This document shows, piece after piece, positions 19,644 through 30,496 of a stretch of DNA of 64,000 bases. The DNA is from a virus. Its lineage: Duplodnaviria; Heunggongvirae; Uroviricota; Caudoviricetes. The notes below the pieces were generated by a model. It saw only the letters and a program-made list of their open reading frames with translations. It made no database searches and was not told the DNA's origin. The stretch spans positions 10,740-74,739 of the IMG/VR virus record IMGVR_UViG_3300010362_000014; one strand, written 5' to 3'. How positions within the stretch are numbered: the first letter of the stretch is position 1; every line of letters starts with the position of its first letter. The position numbers and the translations under genes are program-made.

Positions 19644-21941
19644 TTACGAGCATTCCGCCCAATTCTTTCCAACTTTGACGTCAACAGTAAATGGAACGTA
19701 ATCTGTAAACTGGTTACCGGCGCCCGTCATGGATTTACACATCATATCTATTACGGTTTCTTGATCTTCTTCAAGGCATTCTGCGTACAGGGCATCATGA
19801 ACAGTAAGTCTAAGTTTTGCAACTCCACGCAACATACGTTCGAGATCTATGGCTGCGGTCAGGCATATGTCAGATGCAATGGATTGTGGCAGGAATGATA
19901 ATGCTTCATTGAGCACATCTGCCTTATTAGAATCTGTAATCAGGTAGAACGATCTCTTCCTACCAAACGGTGTAATGAGATCATTACCTGATAATACAGT
20001 GTGGGTGACCGATGCCTGCCACGCCACCGTCGCCGGTATGAGCGCCTTGAAGTTGCGAACAAGTTCACGGGATTCTGCCTCTGATATAGAGAGCTCTTGA
20101 GCGATTGCAACTGGACCACGACCATAAGCAAGACCATAAAATACGGTCTTAATTTTAACTCTTTCTTCTACCCCCCAGTTACTCAATCCCCAAATCTGAT
20201 CACAGAAATCATTAAATATATCTTTTGTCGGATCACTAAACAATACCGCTAAGTATTCATCACGTGCCAATGCCGTTATAACTCGCCCTTCGGCTTGTTT
20301 ATAATCTACTTGAATTAGTACATTGTTTTCATCTTCAACCGTGAATTGTCGCTTAATAGATTTGGATCGCTTAATATTCTGAAGATTAGGCGCCTTTGAT
20401 GAAAGCCGACCCGACGTCGTACTGTGCAGCGAATATGTAGTGAATATCTTTCCGTTATGTACTCGCTTTGCTAATCCCTTTACGTAAGTGCCGTATTCCT
20501 TTGCCTTGCGCCTGTGGAGCAGTAATAGCTCGGTGAAGGCTCTTGGATTGCCGTGCATATATGGCAGCACCGCATTTAGTGTGTCCGCGTCGGTAGAAGT
20601 TAAGGTCAATCCGCTGTCTGAATAATAGCGAAGTATCTGTTGCCAGGAATTTGGATTAATTGGCCTCTCGGCAGTTTCTTCAATTTCAGTGCGAATATTA
20701 AACAATTCGCCACTGTATTTTTTATTTAAATCTTCATTGTATTCAACATCAAATGTGATACCATTTCGTTCAATTTTTCTAAGTGTATTAGACGCGGCGA
20801 TCAGAAAGTTGTGTTCTTTTTGTGCTCTTTCATCCATATTGGCCAGGAAGTGCCAATATAAATCCCATGTGACGCAGACGTCCATGGCGTTGTAAGCATA
20901 TAATTTATCAGGCGGTATGTCAGCATAAGAGCCGCCTCTTGGTATATATTCCTTGATTTCTTTTTTCCAATTTGGAGCATTTAGTATCTCAATTCCAAGT
21001 TCTTCTAATGTATGGTGACCTGGTCTTTCATCCAACGTATAATGTTGCAGCATGGTATCGGCGAATAGTTCTAATTCGCCAAAGTGCGGATATAAGCCAG
21101 CTAAGTCTGATTTTCCGTTGTGAGCGATAATTGATTTTCTTCGTAGTAACTCACCGAAATCGTCGCCTGTGGCGCCCGATCTAATGAGATCTCCAGGGAA
21201 TACGATTGCCTTTCCGCTTGCAAAGCAGACTCCCACGCAGAGCAGATTATAGTTTTCTGCATGGTCGACAGTCGTGTCTTTGTCAAAGCCAGTTTCAATA
21301 TCAATAACGATAGGTCCTTCCAGCTCTGACAATCGCTGGATTGCTTTTCTAATATCAGCCTCAGTGAGAGGTACTGCGTATCTTGGTTTAAGGTAAGGTG
21401 CTCTGGAGGCATTTTCTAGCTTTCTAATATCATTGACGAAATCAATGAATGAATCCGGAGTACGAAGGCAAAATGCTGGATGCCAGGTACTGACAACTTC
21501 AATACTTTCGTCATTCTTATATGGCTGCGGCGGCCCTACCCTGATTTTGGTAATTTTTTGCTTCGTGTTAATAAGGTTGGTGGCCGCCGTACCACCCAGG
21601 GCAAGGATCTGTTCTATGCCGGCAGCGGCGATCTCATGGGCCAATCGTGGTGCACAGGCACGCACGGCGCTTGCCGGCGGATCGTCATTGTTGTCTGGGC
21701 GACACGAGCAAATATTGCTCACCATCAATTCGTTACGGTTATATCCATAATTGGATAGTACTTGATCTAGAAGCTTACCCGACGGTCCGGTGAATGGAAT
21801 TCCACGCTGTGCCTCATATGCACCCGGAGCTTCACCAATTACCGCCAACTTAATCTTTGGATTAAGATTTTGTGTTGGCACGTAAGGGGCATCGGCAAAC
21901 GGACATTTTTCGCATTCAGCTAATGGATGTTTCCTCACCAT
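19644..21941 (-). CDS. DNA polymerase I family (family A) with N-terminal uracil-DNA glycosylase family-4-like domain
   Basis: N-terminus GEAPGAYEAQRGIPFTGPSGKLL is the UDG family-4 motif. Pol A motif A is VDYKQAEGRV, motif B is KIKTVFYGLAYG, motif C is TVHDALYAE. Confidence 0.85.
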   Translation of the reverse strand: MVRKHPLAECEKCPFADAPYVPTQNLNPKIKLAVIGEAPGAYEAQRGIPFTGPSGKLLDQVLSNYGYNRNELMVSNICSCRPDNNDDPPASAVRACAPRLAHEIAAAGIEQILALGGTAATNLINTKQKITKIRVGPPQPYKNDESIEVVSTWHPAFCLRTPDSFIDFVNDIRKLENASRAPYLKPRYAVPLTEADIRKAIQRLSELEGPIVIDIETGFDKDTTVDHAENYNLLCVGVCFASGKAIVFPGDLIRSGATGDDFGELLRRKSIIAHNGKSDLAGLYPHFGELELFADTMLQHYTLDERPGHHTLEELGIEILNAPNWKKEIKEYIPRGGSYADIPPDKLYAYNAMDVCVTWDLYWHFLANMDERAQKEHNFLIAASNTLRKIERNGITFDVEYNEDLNKKYSGELFNIRTEIEETAERPINPNSWQQILRYYSDSGLTLTSTDADTLNAVLPYMHGNPRAFTELLLLHRRKAKEYGTYVKGLAKRVHNGKIFTTYSLHSTTSGRLSSKAPNLQNIKRSKSIKRQFTVEDENNVLIQVDYKQAEGRVITALARDEYLAVLFSDPTKDIFNDFCDQIWGLSNWGVEERVKIKTVFYGLAYGRGPVAIAQELSISEAESRELVRNFKALIPATVAWQASVTHTVLSGNDLITPFGRKRSFYLITDSNKADVLNEALSFLPQSIASDICLTAAIDLERMLRGVAKLRLTVHDALYAECLEEDQETVIDMMCKSMTGAGNQFTDYVPFTVDVKVGKNWAECS

Positions 21942-22464
21942 ACCTCGCTAATTTATAGTTTTGGGAATATGAAGATTTTACTCTTGATTTTATTTATAGA
22001 AGATCTAAGTCCAACTTCTATTTCTATAGCCAGACCACCGGCTTGAAATACCAATTCCCAAATTAGCGTAACTAGATGATTAGGCATGCTATGACGGGAA
22101 TTATGACGATACTTCTTATACCATGGTGTGTCGGTAACGGTCCATGTCCTTGCAGATGTCGCATACGAATGACTACTCATAATGACGTTTCCTTTACGGC
22201 GCCCATACAATATTCACCAGTATCTATTATGCATTCGGCCCAGACAACATCGTCATTGTTACCAAAGCGCTCTATGGCTCTTCCGGCCAATATTGAGCAA
22301 AATATGGCTGTATTTTTTCTTGATTCCCTCGCTGCTGGTTCTATTTCAACATCCATGAAATCTTTTAATTTTGTTACTTCAACGTTTGGTATTCCTGGAC
22401 CATGTAGCTTTATCTCTATGGTGATAGCATTTCTTTTATGCCTCACCCCAAGATAGGACATTAT

Positions 22465-24678
22465 TCACCTCATGTTATCCACATATCTATATTCTTTTCT
22501 CCAGCTTAATCTTCTAATTAGTCCCCTCTGTTCCATTGTAGTAAACAATAGATCAGCCCGTTTGGAATCTAAATGAAAAACCCGCATAAGCTCGGATCTT
22601 GGAATTCCTAGGTCTCCTGTATCGGAGATCATATTCATGAGAGAATCTATCATTCTCTCATCGTTAGTCTTTCCAACATTATTTACTATCTCGCTTGCAT
22701 ATTTAAACCAATTACGACAATAGTAAATGGCATGTATGAGATCTGCAAGCTCTACGGTTACCGAACCATTAAGAGTTCTGGAAGCAGCAATCAGAACTGC
22801 CGACTTCAAGGTCGACTTCGCAAGTCTATCATATACCGGTGTTAGGTGAAGTAATCCGGATTCCAACGCATTAGATGTCAATATTGTTTCTAGTTGATTA
22901 TATCTTATCCAAGCCTCTCTTGTTAATTTTACCTCAAATGAGGGAGCATTTTTCCCGATTCCAGAGAATATGACTGGTTCGTTATAGCGCTTATTGATAA
23001 CATGAAGTTCGTTTAATAACGACTCCCTAGCTTCATAATCTTCTTGGATTGGAGGTCCAACTGGTCTCACGTTTTGAATGTCGGGATTAGCAGTAATGAA
23101 GACAAATCTTGGTATAAATCCACTACTGATCATTTCTTCTGTTATAGTTAATTGCGTCTTCGTTTTGGGTCCACCAACAAACATAATAAATACGGGATCA
23201 GTTACTCTAATCTCTTCACGTCTTAATATCCGTTTTAAATCATCGCCATCGTACAATTTGGTGAACATTTCAGCCATACCAGACATGTATTCTTTGTGGA
23301 TCATAGAATCCAAGAGACCAGTAAATTCATCCTTATGATATACCGATGCCCGTTTTGGTCTACTAGATAATGCAGTTATTATTCCTTCTGGTGATCCATC
23401 GGTTGCGAATATTGCATCAGAATCTACCTCTTGTAATAGCCTGTTGCCTATCTTCATCGCTGTAGTTTTTCGCGTTACGGTGGAGTCGCCACATATATAA
23501 AACCATAAATTTGGTTTAATCGTACCAAATGATGTCGGAAGGTACACATTACTTGAGATGATGGAGCTAAGAATAATGAAAGCACTTGCTTGATGATATT
23601 GAACCGCCGCATCAGTTACTCCTGATGCATACTTGATATATCTTTCCACAAAAGTTTCGCGGAGTTGTGCCTCTTTTATTTCTTCTTCACTGATTATCTC
23701 TGGTATCTTTGCTGTGGGAGTCGGTATTAAATCTCTTTCTTGTAAGACTTCCAGATATGCTTTTCGTATCTCGATCCACAGATCTTCCTGCGGTCTTCCA
23801 TCTCGTTTATATTTATTGCATCCGGCATTCCATAATACCTTGAATGCTTCTTCTTGGGTTAATCCTGCTTCTGCAAACCATTTTTCAATACTCCATAGTA
23901 TTTCTGACCAGTCTTCTTCTCGATTTGGAATATCTCTGATTCTGCCGAAGATATCTACTGGTAATGATTTACTATAGCGTTTTAAAATTTCCTCAGGATC
24001 TTCATCTGGGAGATTTTCTGCATGTGGTAACTCTATCTTGAATGTTTTGAATACCTCAATTTCCGGATAGACTTTGAAGTCTGATGGCCTATAAAGAGAT
24101 GGAGATGTGGCTGTGACTATAACCACTGGGGCGGTGTTTATGTCGCCATATTTATAATTGGGTGTATATGGAATGCGGAGAATTCTTGATCTGTTCCAAC
24201 ATCCTTTATCTGAACCTTGATCGGAGTGGAAATATGCTATCTTTCGGGATATATCCTCTGCAACCTCAACGGGTTGAGTTTCCTCAAATCTCCACAAGGC
24301 TTGCCATCTGGCTCTCGATGTCTGGATAACAATACTTGGATCTACCTGCATCAATAATGGACTACAAGTATCGAGATCACACCAGGCGACTGTTGATTTA
24401 ACTATATTTGATTCATCTCTATTACGCTTTGGATTCTCTAGAAGATTAATGCCAAAGTATGCATGTATAAGATTTTGGCAATTGTCATCAATATCTTTGC
24501 ACATTCTATTGAGATGAACAGGATATTCATAATAATATTCTCCAGCCTTCTTACTAAGATGGCTGATGTACGTAATACAAACAAATCCGGTTTCTTCGCC
24601 GAAGACTAATCTGAAAAAGTCACGCCGCTGTTGCACGGTATGTTCAATAACATTCCGGAACGAGGCGTAATTTGCCAT
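22465..24678 (-). CDS. putative DNA primase/helicase (D5-like replication protein)
   Basis: 737 aa sitting between the polymerase and the RecA-like ATPase. Has a P-loop-like segment (ICGDSTVTRKTTA) and a C-terminal HTH-like region. Assigned by context and weak motifs only. Confidence 0.45.
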   Translation of the reverse strand: MANYASFRNVIEHTVQQRRDFFRLVFGEETGFVCITYISHLSKKAGEYYYEYPVHLNRMCKDIDDNCQNLIHAYFGINLLENPKRNRDESNIVKSTVAWCDLDTCSPLLMQVDPSIVIQTSRARWQALWRFEETQPVEVAEDISRKIAYFHSDQGSDKGCWNRSRILRIPYTPNYKYGDINTAPVVIVTATSPSLYRPSDFKVYPEIEVFKTFKIELPHAENLPDEDPEEILKRYSKSLPVDIFGRIRDIPNREEDWSEILWSIEKWFAEAGLTQEEAFKVLWNAGCNKYKRDGRPQEDLWIEIRKAYLEVLQERDLIPTPTAKIPEIISEEEIKEAQLRETFVERYIKYASGVTDAAVQYHQASAFIILSSIISSNVYLPTSFGTIKPNLWFYICGDSTVTRKTTAMKIGNRLLQEVDSDAIFATDGSPEGIITALSSRPKRASVYHKDEFTGLLDSMIHKEYMSGMAEMFTKLYDGDDLKRILRREEIRVTDPVFIMFVGGPKTKTQLTITEEMISSGFIPRFVFITANPDIQNVRPVGPPIQEDYEARESLLNELHVINKRYNEPVIFSGIGKNAPSFEVKLTREAWIRYNQLETILTSNALESGLLHLTPVYDRLAKSTLKSAVLIAASRTLNGSVTVELADLIHAIYYCRNWFKYASEIVNNVGKTNDERMIDSLMNMISDTGDLGIPRSELMRVFHLDSKRADLLFTTMEQRGLIRRLSWRKEYRYVDNMR

Positions 24679-24746
24679 GCATTGCCTCCCTCCGCAAAAA
24701 ATAACTGCCTATAACTTATATAGTTATAGGCAGTCATAAGCTTTAT

Positions 24747-25223
24747 TTATGGGAGGTATGAGCTATCTGCGCTTGCTCCTTGAGCCTTGGATGCCACAGT
24801 ATAGCCCTTTACTTCAAATCTCTCGGGCAGATCGTTACCATTGGCCGAAGTCGCAGGCTTCTTTTGGCCACGAACGTAGATTGATTCCTTCTTGTCAAGG
24901 AGATCATCAAGTGATGGTACTTGTAATTCGCCGGGTCCATTGACCTCATACCCATATGCACGAAGTAGCTGCACTAACGAATAAAGTGCGCCTTCGAAGA
25001 GCATTACGGTTGCGAAAATATTACGTCCTGCATGTGGACCCTCTTGCACAACGAATTGAAGACTCCAGAATGGCTTTCCGACGTGCTTGCGTCCTGGCTT
25101 TACCTCTCGAATTTGTCCGTCAACGAGATTGCAAAGATATTTACCAGTCGGCAAAGGGTCTAAAGTTCGCGACTCTGCTTCTTCTGATGTTAGATTAACT
25201 CTCATTGACATTGGAGACGTCAT
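24747..25223 (-). CDS. hypothetical protein (possible ssDNA-binding partner of the RecA-like ATPase)
   Basis: Overlaps the start of the RecA-like gene. No motif seen. Confidence 0.2.
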   Translation of the reverse strand: MTSPMSMRVNLTSEEAESRTLDPLPTGKYLCNLVDGQIREVKPGRKHVGKPFWSLQFVVQEGPHAGRNIFATVMLFEGALYSLVQLLRAYGYEVNGPGELQVPSLDDLLDKKESIYVRGQKKPATSANGNDLPERFEVKGYTVASKAQGASADSSYLP

Positions 25224-25962
25224 TTGGCGATCCTTCTCTTACCGCTTTCCAGATTTCAGACATTATTGGATTGGCTATTACAGTGGTCAATTTACCAGTT
25301 CTATCTTTAGCAACCGTATCTTCCGTTTGACCACATAATAACATTCGTGTATTTGTTCCGTCTATCTCCTTAAGGTATAAATAAGTGACGATGTCAAGGA
25401 AACCAGCTACCTCGTCTGCTACCTTACCAGACAAAGATGGCTTTCGTTTAATCGCTCCGGTTCTCAGGTTTTTGTCTGTTTTTACTAATGCGGTAAAAAT
25501 CGTATTTACGGGAAGGTCGCGAAATGCTCTTACAAATTTTCTTGTTTGTTCGATGTTAATGTTCCATTCACGGATTCCAGGAACATCAGCATCTCTATCT
25601 TCATATTCGTCCACAACTTTTTTCATAATGCGATCCATACTGATCTTCTGGGTTTCAGTAAGGCTATCAATTACTATTGTACTAAACCCATGGTTTCCAG
25701 CATAAAGCTCGTTGTAGACTTCCTGCATTTCTTGCCAGGATTTTACACGGACAACCTCAACGTCTGGATATGTTGCCTTGAGTGAGAGTGTGCCGCCCTC
25801 AATGTCAATGAATAAGACACGTCGCATCTGCGGCACAGCATCGGCAGAACCGGCTAGTGTAGTTTTTCCAGACCCAGATTCGCCATACACTAACATATTA
25901 AATTGATTCTGCCTTTGAGATACTCTACGAATTTCTAAACCCGCAATAGTAGCCAACGACAC
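25195..25962 (-). CDS. RecA-like recombination ATPase (Sak4-type)
   Basis: Walker A motif MLVYGESGSGKTTLAG. 255 aa. Confidence 0.65.
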   Translation of the reverse strand: MSLATIAGLEIRRVSQRQNQFNMLVYGESGSGKTTLAGSADAVPQMRRVLFIDIEGGTLSLKATYPDVEVVRVKSWQEMQEVYNELYAGNHGFSTIVIDSLTETQKISMDRIMKKVVDEYEDRDADVPGIREWNINIEQTRKFVRAFRDLPVNTIFTALVKTDKNLRTGAIKRKPSLSGKVADEVAGFLDIVTYLYLKEIDGTNTRMLLCGQTEDTVAKDRTGKLTTVIANPIMSEIWKAVREGSPNDVSNVNES

Positions 25963-26393
25963 ATTATTCCCTTTTGTCCCGATTTGTCCGAATATGTAGC
26001 ATCATTTAAAATAAATCGGATTGATTAGGACATCGTATCGCATGCCGGTTTGCTTGTCAAGACCTGGCGAGCCCTATTGATTGGTATCAATTCGTAAATA
26101 AACTAATCTCTTGCCCCAATGAGTAATCTGAATTTTAGTAAGGAATTCCTTACCGGAGGACTCATCCACGAAAGTCACTTTGTCTCCGGTCATTGGATAT
26201 ATTGGCGGATCGAAGTCATCAAATGATACGACAACAAAACTGCCAATAGTATTGTCGATATTCCCCTTGGCTCTATGCATCATCCTCCTCATTACAATCG
26301 CATGGATCATGCTCTAAACAACTATCACAATCCGCGCAGAATTCACAAAAACATGAACTATTATCTGGATATAGTTCACACTCTCCACAACAA

Positions 26394-26816
26394 TCAAGGA
26401 ATGGGTCCAACTCCAATTCCTGCACTGCATACCTCTTTTGCAATTTGAGTGAGTCCATCTTCTATGTCAAATAGCAGCTCATTGCAGGATATGCAATAGC
26501 ATAAGGTTGGATCTACATATTGTCTATATTCCGGTGTATGAGAGTCATGTACTTCCCGCTTAAATCTTTTCCTAGTCCACCATATATTCCTACAATAGAT
26601 ACCAGCTTCGCCGCATCTTTCGCATCTACATCCAAAGTCGAAATATCCGGCGCGAGTTCCATGTCGAGGATCATCGTTATTCAATGTGGTCTTATGAGAT
26701 CGTAGGCGTTGACGGCGCTTTTCTTTAGTATTTGCAGCAGTACAAATTTTACACCTACAACCATGAACGGTATACCCACGACGTCCATGACTGCGAATTT
26801 TTAGTTTACGTCTCAT
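26394..26816 (-). CDS. tandem zinc-ribbon module protein
   Basis: Two copies of HGT(R)xGYxxxGCRCxxCxxA(N). Paralogous to 27673..27957. Confidence 0.4.
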   Translation of the reverse strand: MRRKLKIRSHGRRGYTVHGCRCKICTAANTKEKRRQRLRSHKTTLNNDDPRHGTRAGYFDFGCRCERCGEAGIYCRNIWWTRKRFKREVHDSHTPEYRQYVDPTLCYCISCNELLFDIEDGLTQIAKEVCSAGIGVGPIP

Positions 26817-27117
26817 TATTATTCTCGTTTATAAATAAAGATGTTATCCATTTTCTTCGTTGTCGCTCAGCTCTACCACGCTGAATCTTAGTCTTCGCAC
26901 GTGCCATATGCCAGCCGCCGCACCAACGGCAGCAATACCTGATAACAGGATTATGATATGCTTTAGCCGCATTTAACTCCCTTACCCAATCGTCTGCTTC
27001 CTGAACGGATGAAAATCTTATCTTTCTGTTACAAGTTTCTCTACTCCGACCACACTGCCAGCAAATGTCAAATTCGCCAGAATGTTTAGACTTGTGATTT
27101 TGCTCGGGAGTCAACAT
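26806..27117 (-). CDS. Cys-rich small protein
   Basis: CWQCGRS...C...CCRWCGGWH. Confidence 0.3.
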   Translation of the reverse strand: MLTPEQNHKSKHSGEFDICWQCGRSRETCNRKIRFSSVQEADDWVRELNAAKAYHNPVIRYCCRWCGGWHMARAKTKIQRGRAERQRRKWITSLFINENNNET

Positions 27118-27672
27118 ATTTCATGCCGCAACAGCAAAAATGTTCATGTTCTTGTTCGTAAACAGCACTTCTTGCACAGCAGTGATCGTCCCAATGGAAA
27201 TTGCATATTGATGGATGTTCTGGACACCCATTTTCCGGAATTCTAAATTGCTTATAGTATCTTCCATTAACAAATGCATCCGCAATGGGAGTACATGTAC
27301 AGGTTTCCATGGTGTCACCTATATTCCATTACGAATTCTGATCGTTTGATATTTTTTGGCTCGATATCTTTTATGGCGGCAGTTATAGTTTCACACTCCG
27401 GATTATCACAACAGCAATAATAGATAGTACAATAGCCATTACGTATTATTTCTACCCGCTGAGCAATTATTGTTTTATTTCGTTGACTAGATTTCGTCTT
27501 CATCTATAGCTTCCTTTATACACTTAAAGAATTTGTTGGCCGCTGGGCTCCAACCATCATGAGGTTGCCAACATCTAAGGCTATCGTAAAGATCGCGTAA
27601 TTCGTCTCTATGTTCGAATGTCAAATGAATATCAATGGGGCTCGGTTGAATCACTATTACATATTCCATCTC

Positions 27673-27957
27673 TTAACTTTCTGTTAAGTTAGACTTATCT
27701 ATTCTTTTCTCTTTAAGCCGGATCCTTCTGGCTCGCTGATATTCAGTATTCGCCTTCTTACATCTTTCACATCTACATTTCATGTTCATATAGGCATTTC
27801 GCGTTCCGTGCAAATGTGAATCATCGGTAAGTTTGGCTAGCTTTCTAATACGCGATAACCGTAAGTAATCCGTATTCGCTGCTCTGCATTTATCACATCT
27901 ACACTTATATTTATTATAGGTACTTCTTTTGCCATGTTCACTTTCAGGAATCTCCAT
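27673..27957 (-). CDS. tandem zinc-ribbon module protein (paralog)
   Basis: YNKYKCRCDKCRAANTDY and HGTRNAYMNMKCRCERCKKANTEY. Confidence 0.4.
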   Translation of the reverse strand: MEIPESEHGKRSTYNKYKCRCDKCRAANTDYLRLSRIRKLAKLTDDSHLHGTRNAYMNMKCRCERCKKANTEYQRARRIRLKEKRIDKSNLTES

Positions 27958-27959
27958 AT

Positions 27960-29183
27960 CTATTCCGTAGATGGGGATTCAGTTTCATAGTAATGCTTTT
28001 CACGCCGTTCGAATAGTTCATTTAACAAGTACTGCGGATCGCCGCCGTCGTTGGCACTAATACATGGCTGTTGGAATAAACATGTAGGACAGCTAAACCG
28101 CCCCGGTTGTGGGTATATCCTGGGGTCCTGAACGATATCCATACATTCTAAAGCAATGTTTATGCCGGCATTTCTAAGTTCTGTCTCGTTACGGTGAATT
28201 TGATGGCGTTGAGTAAACTTTGGCCCTTCATCTTGCAGCCATGTTAAATAATCGTCATAATATCCCATAACATACGCTTCATAATCTTCATTACTTACTG
28301 TCCGTTTTACAAGTTTTGGCGTTGTCATGAATTGCTTATTAGTACTGAATCGCTTACCCTTGTAGGGACGAGCTAACAACTCAGGTGAGCGAGGATATGC
28401 CTTTTTAAATTCTACATAAACAAATCCGGCTACCTTGATTCCCATGGTCCATAGTGCCCAAGCGTATGAGGTAATTTGATCGTCAAGTTGGAGGAATGAT
28501 GATTCTTTATCTTCATCTAGGATTCTACTGGCACTCTTCCAATCGACCAGCCATAGTCTTTTTATCTCGTCTTCGAATATGGCATCTATTCTGCCACCAT
28601 AGGTTACCGGTAATCCTTGCCAATCACTCTGGATATGAGGACTTAACACATTATCCGGATACGGCTCGTTACCGCCAGCTTTTGTCCACCTTCTCCTACA
28701 TCTATTGCATTTACACATTAATGGTTCGTTAATACTTGGATCTATTACAGCTACTTCGAACGGAACTTCTACCTCTACTGGTGTCCAGTTTCTATCATAT
28801 GACGGAGCGACATCATTAAAATAATACTTTAACATGTTAAGACCAAGAGTAACTCTACTACTATAGTCTTCAATGATATCGTAACTTGGTTCTCCGTTTA
28901 ACTTCTTATAATTTCTAAATTGCTCATCACATGTTTGCTTAAACGCTACAAGAGCGAGTTGTGCGGATGTTTCCTTATCGTGCCATGTTTCTGGAGTATA
29001 GTATAATTCTAACGCTTTGTGGAAAGCAACACCAAATTCCAATGGAGGTGGGGTTACCATTGGATAGTACATCTGCCTATATGACCAATCCCAACGGCGC
29101 CGGCAACCTCTAAAAGCGCGCCGTTCAGAGGTATGAACTGAATGTGTTAATCCATTTTGTATGTACCATTGGACATCAATCAC
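27960..29183 (-). CDS. PD-(D/E)XK exonuclease, Cas4/RecB-like
   Basis: D...LWLVDWKS ((D/E)xK motif) plus a C-terminal Cys cluster (SCPTCLFQQPC) and an internal CKCNRC. This matches the Cas4-like Fe-S nuclease pattern. Confidence 0.6.
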   Translation of the reverse strand: MIDVQWYIQNGLTHSVHTSERRAFRGCRRRWDWSYRQMYYPMVTPPPLEFGVAFHKALELYYTPETWHDKETSAQLALVAFKQTCDEQFRNYKKLNGEPSYDIIEDYSSRVTLGLNMLKYYFNDVAPSYDRNWTPVEVEVPFEVAVIDPSINEPLMCKCNRCRRRWTKAGGNEPYPDNVLSPHIQSDWQGLPVTYGGRIDAIFEDEIKRLWLVDWKSASRILDEDKESSFLQLDDQITSYAWALWTMGIKVAGFVYVEFKKAYPRSPELLARPYKGKRFSTNKQFMTTPKLVKRTVSNEDYEAYVMGYYDDYLTWLQDEGPKFTQRHQIHRNETELRNAGINIALECMDIVQDPRIYPQPGRFSCPTCLFQQPCISANDGGDPQYLLNELFERREKHYYETESPSTE

Positions 29184-29605
29184 ATTTCACTTCCGTTGGA
29201 ATATACCTTCTAATAAGGTAGAATCCCTTATTATGCCATCTACCAATAGGCTTATAACCAATAACGCGCATTCTTTTGGTGATTTCTTGTTCTGCGCCCT
29301 TAACGCATTTTGATCTCAGAATCACCTCAATGTTCTTGGCGCCATAATATATTTTACCATATAAAAATTCATCTTTATAATGAATTGTAGCGTGAATCAC
29401 GATTGTCGTTCACTCTCCATAATCATACGGTCATAGGCATCACGTCCGTGATCTCCATATTCTCTGAATGCCAGCGTTCTATCGGTGGTGGGTGTAGCTG
29501 TCCAACCACAGCTACACCCAACCTGATATTGCCAAAGATGTGGCCCCAGATGTTCTTTAGATATTTCCATATTGTGAGTTTCCATAAATAGGGCCACTTT
29601 CTATA

Positions 29606-30172
29606 CTAATCTTCAACTAAGGCTATTTTCTCCATCATAGCCTTATCGGACTCTTTCCACGAACCGTCGCCATGTACTGCATGTGCCCATCCTTGAGTGT
29701 ATGAACAGCTAGGACATTTCCATCCATCAGACCTAGCGATGAGTTTTGGAGAATATTTACAATTTGGACATGTATATGGGTGGCCAAGACCGATCGTTTG
29801 ATAACTATTCAAATTTTCAACTACAGAATCGGACCATGGCGTAATTACCGAATGAAAATCTCCATCGGTTTGGAATACTACTTTTTGATTGTAGATATCG
29901 TCAGTGGTAATTACTGCAACTGGCTCATCAATACTAATATCCGGACTAACAACTTCAATTCTACTGGCAACAATGGAATTCCATTCATCACATTTCGTCC
30001 AAGACCTGCAATCGCAGCCTGGTGAATTGTTCATTGGATTCCAATGTGATGTTACGTGTTTTATCCAAACCTTGTCATACCCAAAAAATTCGGTAAGAAA
30101 ATCATACCAATGATCATTGGTAATCATAGAAGTACTTCTCCAATAGCTCACGCGCCATTTGAGATAATTCAC
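29606..30172 (-). CDS. hypothetical zinc-ribbon protein
   Basis: C-terminal CPNC...CPSC. Confidence 0.3.
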   Translation of the reverse strand: MNYLKWRVSYWRSTSMITNDHWYDFLTEFFGYDKVWIKHVTSHWNPMNNSPGCDCRSWTKCDEWNSIVASRIEVVSPDISIDEPVAVITTDDIYNQKVVFQTDGDFHSVITPWSDSVVENLNSYQTIGLGHPYTCPNCKYSPKLIARSDGWKCPSCSYTQGWAHAVHGDGSWKESDKAMMEKIALVED

Positions 30173-30496
30173 TATTATCCGAGGCGCGGATGTTTCGAAG
30201 TTCGTCTATTATGTTAGAACTTACCAAAGTAAATCCAAGCTCTTGCATTGTCTCAAATGCAATTGGGAAATCTTGAATCTGCTCATATGGGTTGGTAGTG
30301 GTCATCTATGGGATCCTCGTATATATGCCATGAGCGTATTACTTCTGGATGTCCGAGTTCGGAAATATCTATTTCACCCTTCTCTACATCCGCTCTATCA
30401 AGCTCCATGGCATCATTGATTGTTGTAATATTTTTGCTTTGATATACTTCGGAAGTTAAATCTGGAATATATACCACGATTCGTTGTTCAATAACT

